Of a stretch of 64,000 nt of DNA, positions 11,085 through 24,578 are shown one piece after another. Location: the NCBI RefSeq assembly GCF_009914755.1, contig NC_060933.1; one strand, 5' to 3'. Both the position numbers and the translations under genes were made by a program. Source of the stretch: the human T2T-CHM13v2.0 reference genome, Homo sapiens. Position 1 is the first letter of the stretch. Each line of letters opens with the position of its first letter. A model generated the notes under the pieces. That model was not told the origin of the DNA. It ran no database searches and saw only the letters and a program-made list of their open reading frames with translations.

Positions 11085-14000
11085 TCATTGTGCAGGTGGC
11101 CTTGGGTGTTTGGCTGCCATGCCGGCACATGAAGGCCTCTCATTATAGCTATGGTGGCATTCATTGTAGATGCACCACCTGTGTCCAGATGGGCCAACCA
11201 TGGACTGATGGAAAAAGGAAGCACAAGGGCCTCCGACAATGGAAATGAGTGTGCCTCCTCTTGGTGCAACACCTGGGTTCTGGAGCGGTGCATGCCAGAT
11301 ACTTGGCATGAAGGTAGAACAAGCAGAGATGTTGCTGGTGTTTGTAGCCACAACCAATGTGGTATGAGCAGGTGAACCCCAGGCTACCTGACTAAATGGG
11401 GGAACAGACTGGTGTTGGTTGTTCTCCTCCATCCTGGTACAGCTTTCAATGTTCCTGATGTTGAACTGGGGCCTGAGGCAGACATGCTAACCCCTATGTT
11501 CTCACAATCTGTAGGGGTTCCAGGTCTCATAATCCCCAGTGGGACTAGAGTAGAATTGCCAACCAATGCAGTACTGTCGCCACTGCCAGGCATGCTAGTG
11601 GCAACTTTAAATACAGAAGACTTGGCTGTAGTAATGAGGAAAGCACTTGAGTTGTTAAGCATACGTGGCTGCACATTGACAGGCAGGCCAAATGTGGAAT
11701 ATGGTGATGTCACACCAGTGAGATCTGCTGCCATGATGCTGCCACTCACTGGGTGGCTGGGCTGCAGGAGACCTTAGGCTTATGACTGGTGCTGGGGTTG
11801 CTGGGTTTCCCAGAATGAGAGAATCGTCTGACTTATCCTGCCCATGAGAAGCCCCAGATATGAGCTGGGAGGTGGCTCCTGGACTTACAGCATGTGGAGA
11901 AGTTGCCATCGATCCCGTGACTGACTGCAGGCAAACTGGTGGAGACATGGGCTGAAGTAATGTTGCCACTGGGTTGGTTGTGAATACCCAGAACCAAGGA
12001 GCCCCAGGTAAGGCACAGTGCACTTCTTCCATGAGATAGTGGCAGACTGGGAGATGACAGCTTTTGAATAAGGGTAGTATCCACAGCACTGCTATCAATG
12101 GTAGGAAAAGATGATGATGTTGCAGAGGTGCTGCTCCCTAAAGTGGAGGTGTCTGGAGGCGTCATAATGGGATGGCTCAGAATAACAGGGGTATTAGGGA
12201 CACAGGCTTTTCCTGCTTCCTGCTGGGGACCCCGAATGTGAGTGGAGCAGTGGCTCCCAGATTTATAGTGTGGTTAGAAGTTGCCATTGGTCTCGTGACT
12301 GGCTGTGCAGGCAAACTGGTGGAGATGTGGGCTGAGGCAATGCCCAAGTCAGGGGTGGGAGGAGGAGCTGGGACCTGGGAAGTGCAGGTGGCCAGGCACA
12401 GGGAGTATGAAGTCTCTGCAGGTGGGGAGGTAGCAGGGGCAGGCTGGGGGGTGCTGCAGTTTGGGTTGGCCAAATCAGGGGCTCCAAATTTGGGCTGAGG
12501 GGTGGGGCTGGGGAATATAAATGTAGCTGGGTGGATGTAGACTGAATCTTACCAGGGAGCCCCTGCTGTGCATGGCTATCTACTTGAGAAATTGGGAGAG
12601 CTCTCATCCTGGAGGTTGAGGAAGTTCTGAAAGTAACAGCCTTAGGAGGGGAAGTGGCGTCCTTGTTGATGGCCTGATGGTCTTAAGGAGGCTCCAAGAT
12701 CTGGTGGGCAGATGTGTTTGCTGTGATGGTGGAAATGACTGCTGTGGAATTCATCTGCTTGCTGGTGGTAACAGAGATCTGTGGAAGGTCCTGGAAGAAG
12801 GGTGGGAGAGGAAAGAGGAGGAGGGGAAAGCACACAGGGCTGGCTCTCTTCTGAAAGGAGGCTGGAAGGAGACAGGTGTGGGGCTAGAAAGTGTTGGGGG
12901 TCAGAAGTGAGAAGTGCTGAAGCTACTCCAGAATGAGAAGAACCTCCTTTCTCATTAGGTAGAACCTCCAATATAGGGACAAAGTCAGTGGAAAAAAAAG
13001 ACAGTGGGGAGTTAGGGATTTTGGATATTTTTGGTGAGGGGTCAGGTGGACAGACAGGCAGGGGGGTCTGGCAGCCAACTCGGCCAAGTCAAGGACGAAC
13101 AGAGGAGCTGGGACCTGCGAAGTGTAGGTGGCCAGGGACAGGGGGTCTGAAGTCTCTGCAGGTGCGGAGACAGCAAGGGCAGGATGAGTGGTGCTGCAGT
13201 TTACCTTGGCCTCCGTTTTATCCTCCAAAGCCTCCATTTTCTCCTTGAAGAAGTTTTCTCTTCTGTTTACACCCCATGCTCTTCTCCAAGTTCCCCAGGT
13301 ATCCCTCAATAGGCAGGTAGAGAAGCTTAGCAAGTGGAGAGAGCTCACCTCTATCCCACATCAATCGCAGCGTGGGGCCAGCGGCAGCAGCGGTGGAATC
13401 CACATTTTCCTTTCACAGCGCCTGTTGCTGGCAGCTCTTGGGGGAGAAGAGCTCCATGTTGGAAGAGCTGAAGGCTTCTTCTTTCCTGACATCTGCATCT
13501 CCTTCCTGGACATCAGCAAGCTTGGAGAGCTGGGCGGGTGGTCTTCATCCAGCACCTTCCGGGCCGCCTTCTCTGGCAGCAGGGAGCAGCCGGGGCCGGG
13601 GCCGGGGCCGGGGCCGGGACCACTGCAGAAGCCGGGTCAGCCTTCCCAAGGGGAAGGCCACTCCAGCAGGGCTGTATGAGCTGGGGGCCTCATGGCCCTC
13701 CCAGAAGGAGCTACTCACTGACTGGGCCTTCTCTCTGTAAAGAGTTTTTCCGACAAGTAGGGGTGGACATTTCCCTGCAGAGGCCTGGGCCTGCACCCAA
13801 AGGAGGTGAGGCCTCCCTGGGTCTCCAGGGCCCTGGATGTGGATGACACTTCCTTCTGGCTACAGGGGCCCTTTTCTTGTCATCCTGCTCCTGGGTCTCT
13901 CCGTGATGCATCTGCGTCACTGTTCTGGGCTCTTCTTTGGCCCTCCCCTCTGTCTCCTTCAGAAGCCTGGCTGCGACCTGCTCAAGTGGTGAAGGCAGTG

Positions 14001-14317
14001 GGTGGGCGACCTTGCAGCCAGGAGGAGGGTCCTCAGGGACCCTGGGTGCGGCAGCCTCCGGGAGTTCCCAACAGGCGGCTCGGAGGCCATAGCCTGCAGG
14101 AACCCAAGAGGGTCGCCCTTGTAGTGCGGGAGAGGACAAGGGGTGCCACACAAGCTGCCTGGAGATGAGGGCCTAGGAGGCCGCCGTGGGTTGAACAGGA
14201 ATCAGAAAAGGCCTGGGTGTCCCGGGCAGGCGCGGAGGCCTTGAGGGTGAGGGGTGGGCCCTGGCCTGGGAGCCTGCAGCGAGACCAGGGAAGAAACATG
14301 TGAAGTAAATTGCCAGT
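11085..14317 (-). pseudogene. NPAP1: NPAP1 (C15orf2)-like intronless pseudogene of the POM121-derived retrogene family. The symbol given is the parent gene; the NPAP1P paralog number cannot be determined here.
   Basis: Successive minus-strand ORF pieces match recalled NPAP1 protein collinearly: TGNLLHMF (MGNLLSKF, start codon lost, ACT at 14315-14317); RLLKETEGRAKEEPR; SPPRAASNRRCERKMWIPPLLPL; WDRGELSPLAKLLYLPIEG; LEDKTEAKVNCSTTHPA..LATYTSQVPAP; NEKGGSSHSGV..LTSDP; PPDTSTLGSS; KSDDSLILGNPATPAPVISL; GDSTALVGNST..MSASGPSSTSG; SIVGGPC. Homology is split over more than ten ORF fragments (frameshifts and stops); no introns. Confidence 0.92.
13589..13618 (+). repeat. (GGGGCC)4 hexanucleotide tract, potential G-quadruplex
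   Basis: GCC GGGGCC GGGGCC GGGGCC GGGGCC GGG; perfect units at 13592-13615, five G-runs. Confidence 0.95.
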
Positions 14318-14361
14318 CTCCAGTGAGTTGTGCGCCTGTGATACTGAGAAGAGGGACAGAA

Positions 14362-14373
14362 GCGGAAGTGACG
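14362..14373. promoter_or_regulatory. ETS-CRE composite promoter motif (GCGGAAGTGACG) upstream of the NPAP1-like start
   Basis: Sequence AGCGGAAGTGACGC lies ~45 bp 5' (on -) of the start-equivalent codon, in a GC-rich, CpG-containing block (~13950-14900). Confidence 0.6.
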
Positions 14374-17072
14374 CTCCTCTGTCATCCGCTCTTTGGTGGC
14401 CGGGCATCCCCTGGTAGCTGAGACTCATGACATCCCCATGCGGATCCTGACAGAGGAGGACGCCAGGGAGCGCGGGCCCAGCGAAGGCTCCTAAAACAAG
14501 GTCAGCGAGAAAGGGCAAGGCCCCCTGCGGGGCCCAGCGAGACTCTCTAGCCCCGGGGACCCGGGGTTGTCCTGCTGCTGCAGAGGGTGAGTGGGCCCCT
14601 CTGTGGGGACTCTGGGGGAAGCGGGGCCTGATCTGCCAGAGCCCTTCTCGCCTGGCACCTGGCCTGGGCGCTGGCTTGATACTCAGTGGCCCTGTCTTGG
14701 CCGGCCCTGTCCTCTGGGTCACAGGGGCAGAGCCTGCTGGAAGCCAAACACAGGGCCATCCAGATCCTGCCAGGCTCCCCACGGGGCCTCTCCAGTCTCT
14801 CTGTGCTGCCTGGAGCCAGGCCTGCCTTCTCCATGGCCGCCCTGGCCGCTAGGGCCACCAGCTCCCCTGCGCAGGTTTCCAAGGAGAGGCCGTGGTGCCC
14901 TGACCTGACTGGATGCTGTCCCTACCACCTCCCTTCCTGGCAGGGTGTTGTAATTTCTTTTTACAAATTCCCTAAAACAACATTTAAGTCTGTGACCGTT
15001 CCTCAGGTGATTCAGGTGGCAGTGCCCCAGCCAGGCTTTAAACTCAGGCTGATTCCACAGCTCACGCTCTGGCCTGTGTGCCTCCTTATCGTGGAGACAT
15101 CGTGTTTTCTCATTCTTTCCTGTAGCCCGTAGGGTACTTAGCACGGTGGCATATGTGTAATAAACACATGCGCACCTAGGAGGAGGTCTTTACCTTAACT
15201 CGCAAGTTGTCTGTGGCCCACACAGGGCTCCAGTCCTCTAAGAAGATGTAGGGCAGGGACCATCAATTGTCACACAGTGTCATGTCACATTTCTCTTCTA
15301 ATGGAGACTTGCAGCCCAGATGTTCTTTTTGGTCCTGTGTGAAGGATCTAATATGTAAAGATTATATTCTAGATCCATTTTGGTCTACCCTGAAAGAAAT
15401 TCACCAGTGGATATTCCACACGGATAAGAAATCCAGTTTCTCTGGCCTTCCTGGAATATCTCTAGAAAGCAAATACATCATTTATTTGCCAGTTAATACT
15501 GGAACAATGTATTGGATTAAAATGTGATCAATACAATTTGATCATTGTGAACATGCCTGCTGGGCCCACTCTTCACCACACATTATTGTCACGTAAATAT
15601 CACTCTAGACCTTCTTATGACCAAGAGAAGATACATGCTTTTTATTGACAGGACACACGAAATGTGTGTTACTGTCCTAGAATCTGGAAGGTTCAGCATG
15701 ACAAGAAAGATTTGGAAAATCCTACACGACCTTCTCTAGTTTGAACCTTGTTTCTCAGGCTTATTTCGTTGGCATGTTTTTCTTTCTTGGGGCTGACGTA
15801 TATCAGACATATGACATGCAGAAGTTTCAGAACCAAGAACAATGATCTGTAAAACTATTTTTATATATTTTTTCATTTTAAAATATTTACTTAAAATAAC
15901 ATCGGACATAACTAACATACTACAAAATTGGTTTTAGCCCTCTGCTCATAAGATTCCTTTTATAGCATGTCAGAGCAAATTTGGAATTACATCCCCAAAA
16001 AAGGCTAAGGTCAGTGGAGCACAAAAAGCTTTGCTAAGATCCGAATTCTGTTTGAAAAAAAAAAAAGGAGAAATACTATAAGCCCTTTCTAACATTTCCA
16101 GGGCAGAAATCATTTACAGATATGGCATTTAACCATAATTTCTTGTAATCATTTGGGGAGAGTTCAAATCAATTGATTTCCTTTGTTGGAACAAAAATTA
16201 CAAGCTCGTACAAATTTTGGACAAAGATTTCACAGGAACTCTGAAAAAATGATGATTATAAGTCAGACTCATTTGAAAACCATAAATGACAGTCATGTTA
16301 TTTCCATTTTTTCCCAAAGAGGAAAAATTCATCAAACATATAATGCATATTGGGGCTTCAGGACAATACAAATAAATTTGGGCAAAGATATTCTACAAAA
16401 AAATTACCTCTTTATTTTTCTTGTCCAGTGAGTAGAGGCACAATATATATTTTTTGAGATATAGAATATTCTCTTACTTGTCCTTGTGAGGTTAAATAGC
16501 ATTAGATAGATGGCAAGTTGTTATTCTGAGATCATTGAGTTTGCAGAAGCAAACATGTTGAGATAAAATTTGTCAGTGATATATTTTCTAAAAAAATTAA
16601 TAATTAATAGAAATATTTTAATAATAACAGCAATTTATAGTTGCCAAGTGAGATTACCTTTAATTTGACAATTTTTAAAGCACCCATCTCCAGTCACATC
16701 AAATGAACCTGTGGCCAGCTTTGGATGACACTATGATAATGACAATAAACCATAGCTGGCAACCTGAGTTTGAACACTCTCACTCTCTCTTTTCTTGTCT
16801 TGATCACGGAAAATGTATTCTAAGTTATAGAAAGTTAATATGGGAACATAGAGTCCTCTGGACTCTACTGATCCACAGAGTGCATTAAATGAACTTTTTT
16901 TCCCTAAAATCCCTTTTGTCTCCTTGCCTTCAGTCACTACGCATTACTCTCCTGAGAACAAAAGTAATCTGAAAAAGGAATTTGAAGGAAAGAGACTTTA
17001 TTCCAGTGAATAGTTTGAGAACTGCAGCCTCTGGTGTAAAATGAAGGAGTATAAAACAAAGGAAGAACTTCA

Positions 17073-18373
<1,301 letters not shown>

Positions 18374-19552
18374 TCAAAAAAGTTGTAGCAGAGGGACTCC
18401 TTCCTCTCTTATTCTATGAGGTCTTCATCATGCTGATATCAAAAACTGGCAGAGGTATGACACAAAAAATAAAACTTCAGGCCAATATCCTTGATGAACA
18501 TTGATGCAAAAATCCTTAATAAAATATTGGCAAACTGAATCCAGCAGCACATCAAAAAGCTTTATCCACCATGATCAAGTAGGCTTTATCTCTGGGATGC
18601 AAGGTTGGTTCTACATACACAAATCGATAAACATGATTCATCACATACACCCATAACTAAAGACAAAAACCACATGATTATCTCAATAGAAGCAGAAAAA
18701 GCTTTCAATAAAATTCAACATTCACATTAAAAACTCTCAATAAACTAGGTATTGAAGTTACATACCTTAAAGTAATAAGAGCCATCTATGACAAACCCAC
18801 AGCCAACATCATACTGAAGGGGCAAAAGCTGGAAGCATTCCCCTTGAAAACTGGCACAAGATAAGGATGCCCTCTCTCACCACTTCTCTTCAAAATAGTA
18901 TTAGAAGTCCTAGTCAGAGCAATCAGGCAAGAGATAGAAATAAAGGCATCCAAATAGGAAGAGAGGAAGTCAGACTATCCCTGTTTGCAGAAAACATGAT
19001 CCCATATCTACAAAACTCCATAGTCTCAACCCAAAAGCTCCTTCAGCTAATAAACAACTTCGCAAAGTCTCAGGATACAAAATCATGTGCAAAAATGACT
19101 AGCATTCCTATACACCAATAACAGTCAAGCCGAGAGCCCAATCGGGAATGAATTTCCATTAACAGTTGCCCCAACAAGAATAAAATACCTAGGAATACAG
19201 CTAACTAGGGAGGTGAAAGATCTCTACAAGGAAAACTACAAACCACTGTTCAAAGAAATCAGAGATGACACAAGCAAGTGGAAAAACGTTCCATGCTCAT
19301 AGATAGGAAGAATCAATATCCTTACAATGGCCATACGCCCAAAGCAATTCATAGATTCAATGCTATTACTGTTAAACTATCATTGAGATTCTTCACAGAA
19401 CTAGGAAAAACTATTTTAAAATTCATGTAGAACCAAAAAAGAGCTTGAATAACCAAGGTAATCCTAAGCAAAAAGAACAAAGCTGGAGGCGTCACACAAC
19501 CCTGACTTCAAACTATACTACAAGGCTACAATAACCAAAATAGCATGGTGCT
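18374..19552 (+). mobile_element. L1 ORF2 (RT region) segment, inverted 5' part of the same L1
   Basis: CCAATATCCTTGATGAACATTGATGCAAAAATCC, AAAAACCACATGATTATCTCAATAGA, CTGTTTGCAGAAAACATGAT (LFADDM-like), ending TAGCATGGTGCT just upstream, in L1 coordinates, of where the minus segment starts. Confidence 0.92.
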
Positions 19553-19738
19553 CTTACATAATTTTCAAGAATCAACTGTCCATGTGAAAAGTGTTTAGAT
19601 ACTGCCATGGAAATTTGTTTTGTGCCTTGGTCTTTGAAGTGTGATGGAGTGTTTTGACCTTGATGGTTTGAAAATAGATTAGGCCAGGCAGGTTTGTGCA
19701 ATAAACTGATGAAGCCTGGGGAAAGGTTTAATACTTGC

Positions 19739-20215
19739 TGTATTCATTTCCTGTGCAGGTTGTAGCAAATTACCACAAACTTCATGACATAAAACAACCG
19801 AAATTTGTTATCTTACTGTTCTGAAGGCCCAAAGACGGAAATCAAAGTGTCAGCGGGACCATATTCTCTACAGATGCTGTAGGAGAGAATCCATTCCTTG
19901 CCTCTTTTAGCTTCTGGTAGTTGTGGTGTCCTTGGCTTGTTGCCACATTACTTCCACCTCTGTCTTCACATCACCTTTCCCTTTGTATGTTCATAACTTC
20001 TTCTCTCAGTCTATCTCAAATTTTCTTCTCTGCGTCTCTTATAAGGACATTTGTCATGTAGGGCCCTTCCAGATAATACGGTATGGAAAACTCATCTCAA
20101 GATCCTCAATTGTATCTATGAAAACATTTTTTTTTTTTCCAAATGAAGTCACATTCACAGGTTCTAGGAATTAGGACATGGACATATTCTTGGTGGACCA
20201 CCATTCAACTCATTT
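19739..20215 (-). mobile_element. MLT1C-like MaLR solo LTR
   Basis: TGTATTCATTTCCTG...AAATTACCACAAACTT...TCTCTTATAAGGACA...GTCACATTCACAGGTTCTAGGAATTAGGACATGGACAT. Confidence 0.88.
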
Positions 20216-22339
20216 CACCAGCCATAAGATAACTTTGATTTTGGCTGATGACTGCAGTCTACAGCATAGGAGAGTGGCTGTTTCTGAAGAAGTGCAGGTA
20301 GCTGAGAGAATGAGTGAAGCAGAATGACGAAGAGACCAGGAGGATCCTTATTACACAGAGACTTGGCACTGGGCTTTAGGGTGTTTAAGAGTCTGTTGGG
20401 CAAGAAAATCTTGGGCAGCTGCCTGCCTTAGCTTACTTTTCAGGCAAAGCTTTTCCTAAGAAGGCTTGACTGAGAGACAGACTCAGTTGTAGGGAAATCA
20501 GGACTTGTTGGCATTGACACATGTGGCTTGCTGTAGGCTTGAGTGACTCCCTTTACCAAGTAGACTCAAGCTAATCTTGAACCTGTTCATTACATGAGAG
20601 AAAAATGTTCTCTAAAAAGCAGCTTTATTTGTTCCATATGAGTCAATAGCAGGAGGCAGTGAAAACATCTGTTTTGGCATAGGACTATAAACTTGACACA
20701 CCAGAGGCTGCAGATGCAATATTATTAGGTAGAACCCATAATCAGTTCAGTACTAAAGTGTAAGCAAGAGAGTGATCAAAAAGGAAGTATAATTGAAGAC
20801 TGAAAGACAAATTCATGGTGTTAAATTAACCTCATGCTCAAAGAATCTTCCAACTTCTAAGTTCACAGGTCAAAAATTTCAAGTAAGTGACATAAACTGA
20901 TGGACCTCCTAGTGAGGCCAAAACCAAATGGACTTTATCTTTCTCTCAAATGCCATTGAGTTCCTGCTACGTTCTTTGACCACATTCTATACTGGATTCT
21001 TGGAACAAAATCTTGCCTAGTTTAATTGCTCCAAGGGCTGGGAGTTGGCTCACTTTCTAAATTTCTTGGTACTGGGGCTAATGCTGTTAAATATTATTAA
21101 CTATTTGGACTCTTTAAAAACATGATTTATGAGAGACTTGCATTAAACTGATAAGACATCTGAGGCCCTGGAAGACCTACACTCACATCAGTGAGAGACA
21201 GCCAAGTAGCAAGTATTAAAGGAGACCTCAGTCCCACTGAGGTACAGACAACCCTGCCACTGAGAATGAACCAAATAAGACACTTGGGAGGCTTATTTAT
21301 GGACCTTTCAAATTTTTGACTTTTAACCCACAATGACAAGGAAATTTGATTTCAGACTTGGACTTTAACACTTTAGGACCTTAATTTGTAAGATGGTTTA
21401 ATATATGCCCTTTAATTTCTCCCTGAAGAGTTTGATAATGGGAAGGGCTTACTTTTAAATATGGACATCGATATCACCCTTAAATAACATTATTTAAATA
21501 ACTTTATATATATTTCATCTTAATTTGTCATTTAACCTCTTTGTCATATTTCTGTAGCTAGATGTATGTTAGGATGGGTAATAGAATAGAAAGTTGATTT
21601 TAATCATTGGATATTAATAGCCTTGGAGTTGATTTAATTAATGCATTTTTTTCACCCATTTCAGAGACTTCTGGGACAAAAATCTAGGTTGCCTACCAGA
21701 AGTCCCAGGGAGTTACTCACATGAGTAGCCTCATGAAAATGGGAGCAGGGATATTCTGATGAACCTCTGATCCTTTCTTCTGAAGGGGTTAGCCATGCTC
21801 TATTGACTATGAGCTTAAAGGCATAGTTCAATGGATTAAAAGAATTAAGAGCAGTAGAGAATTAGTGACAACTTTTTATTTTTATTCCTAATGTTGTTTC
21901 CATGAGAAGGGAATTTGATTAGTATACTTCTGACCACTGGTGGTTGGTGAAATGCCCTGTCTAACTGGATACTTGGAAAGAATAACTGGCCATGCTTTGT
22001 TTAGCCCTTTCTTTTCTTAATCTTGGGAGGCAGCCTGCCCATAGACACAAATGCCATAAGCATTTATCTGTCATGCCACATAGACATAAGTCTTATATAG
22101 GCATGCTTCTCTCACATGGGCTTGCCTAGAACCAACTAGCTGCAAGAATGGGAAAGTCTGTACAATTCTGGAGTTCAGTTAGCCGATTCATTTGGCTGGC
22201 TCATTAAACCATGTTTCCAACATGAGCTTTATCGATAAGGTGACAGCAGGGCTAGTTATAATGTTTGGGGCCTAGTGAAAAATGAAAATGCAGGTACCTT
22301 GTACAAAAGGCAAGGAAAAAGTACTGTAAAAGGTATTTT

Positions 22340-23100
22340 TCCTGGGTGGAATAGTGTCCCCCCAAATTCATATTCACCTGGAACTGGAGTGTAACTTTAT
22401 TTGGAAATAGAGAGGGTATTTTTTTCAGATGTAATCAGCTTACAATGAGGTCATACTGGATTAGGGTACTTCAAAGCCAATGACCAGTATTCTTATAAGA
22501 AAAAATATTTAGAAACACACAAACAAACAGAGAGAGAAGATGGTCATGTGGTGATGAAGGCAGAGACTGAAGTAACACAGATAGGCTACCAAGGAAGGGC
22601 AGGGATTGTTGACAACCACCAGAAAGTAAAACAGGCAAGGGACGATTATTCCTTAGAGACTTTGAAGAGAACATGACCCTGCCAATACCTTGGTTTTTAG
22701 ACTTCTCACCTCCAGAGCTTTAAAATAATAATTTTCTGTTGTTTTAAGTCACACAGTATGTGGTACGATCACCCCTCTGTATCCGCAGATTCTGCATCTG
22801 GGGATTCAACCAACATCAAATCTAAAATAACAATACAACAATAAAAAATAATTCAAATCAGAAAACAATACAGTATAACAGCTATTTACATTACATTTAC
22901 ATTGTATTAGGTATTACAATTAATTGAGATGAGTTAAAGTATAAGGGAAAATGTGTGTTGGTTATATAGATACTATGCCACTTATACAAGAGACTTGAGT
23001 ATCACTGCATTTTGGTATTTGTAGGGGTGCTGGAACCAATTTCCCACAGATATAGAAAGGCAACTGAGTTTTGCTATGGCAGACCTAGAAAGGTAATATA
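22340..23100 (+). mobile_element. MLT1C-like MaLR LTR interrupted by MER2
   Basis: GAATAGTGTCCCCCCAAATTCATATTCACC...AATGAGGTCATACTGGATTAGGG...TTTTAAGTCACACAGTATGTGGTA, then resumes TTTGCTATGGCAGACCTAGAAAGGTAATATA. Confidence 0.85.
22766..23066 (-). mobile_element. MER2 (TcMar-Tigger MITE)
   Basis: Starts after TA; GGATTCAACCAAC...CATTTACATTGTATTAGGTATTA...GGAACCAATTTCCCACAGATA..GGCAACTG with degenerate terminal inverted repeats. Confidence 0.85.
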
Positions 23101-23116
23101 GCATTAAAAGATAAAG

Positions 23117-23529
<413 letters not shown>

Positions 23530-24285
23530 CTAAGTAAATACAAATTAAAATTTAAAATTATTAGTGCGGATTTTACCATTCCTCTTTATATCAAGCAATG
23601 CTAGTTTTACATGTAAATATAAGAATAGTTATCTGATGTGCAAAATTACCAAGAAATCACAGGATCCCTATTTTGTTGCTTGTATATGTATACAAGTTTC
23701 TTTTATTTTTAACCAAGCAGTGAAAATGCTCTACAAACTAACTCAACTGTTTTCATCTTGTTTCTTGATATCTACACATTCTACCAAAACTGTCTACCTC
23801 AGCTTACTGATGAGTAAAGAAGGACTAAAAGGAAAAGCAACGATGGGTTGCTGTCTCTTCCCCTTTCTGTCGTCAATTTCAGAATAAGTGGTTGGCTAAT
23901 ACTGGAAAACAACATGAGTAAGAAAGAATATGATGGAGAATGTGGCTTCTTGGAGCTGTCAACACCTTCACTTAGTCATAGATGACTGGTTGACCCTTAG
24001 CTCCTCTGAAAAATTTTCTACAGGGGATTTTGAGCCTTAGATTTACTACAGTTAAGGGTTTTAGATGCTGCAATTAAGGATTTTAATAGAGGAGTAATCT
24101 AGTCTGTTCTAAAACAAAGTTTAGACTAATGCAGGTGGCTGCATCAGTCTCATCCTCCTTGAGCCATTGAATGCCCTGCCCCAACTAAATTATAAACTTC
24201 TTGTAGTCAGGTTTTATAGTTGTTTTTCTCTTAATACCTAACTATACCCAGAATAGAAGATGCCTTCTATGAACATTTGTCGATT

Positions 24286-24578
24286 TTTTTTTTTTTTTGA
24301 CACGGAGTTTCGCTCTGTCACCCAGGCTGGAGTGCAGTGGCGCAATCTCGGCTCACAGCGACCTCCGCCTCCCTGGTTCAAGTGATTTTTCTGTCTCCGC
24401 CTCCCGAGTAGTGGGACTACAGGCAAGTGCCACCACACCCAGCTAATTTTTGTATTTTTAGTAGAGATGGGGTTTCACCATATTGGCCAGGCTGGTCTCA
24501 AACTCCTGACCTCATGATCCACCTGCCTCGGCCTCCCAAAATGCTTGGATTACAGGCGTGAGCCACCGTGCCTGTCCT
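24286..24578 (-). mobile_element. Alu (AluS-like)
   Basis: T-run plus reverse Alu dimer. Confidence 0.97.

Noticed and set aside
11151-14168. Numerous plus-strand ORFs of 70-160 aa
   Set aside because: Antisense shadows of the GC-rich NPAP1 pseudogene with no recognisable homology.
11085-14317. Functional NPAP1 itself
   Set aside because: The start codon is lost, there are more than ten frame breaks, and divergence from the recalled NPAP1 protein is substantial.
14033-14782. 249-aa minus-strand ORF as a real gene
   Set aside because: It starts at GTG, runs through GC-rich promoter-like sequence where stops are rare, and only its last third overlaps the degraded NPAP1 N-terminus.
20220-21500. 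Possible ancient LTR or Gypsy remnants (also 16940-17070 and 32540-32990)
   Set aside because: The composition is suggestive, but I could not match termini or diagnostic motifs.
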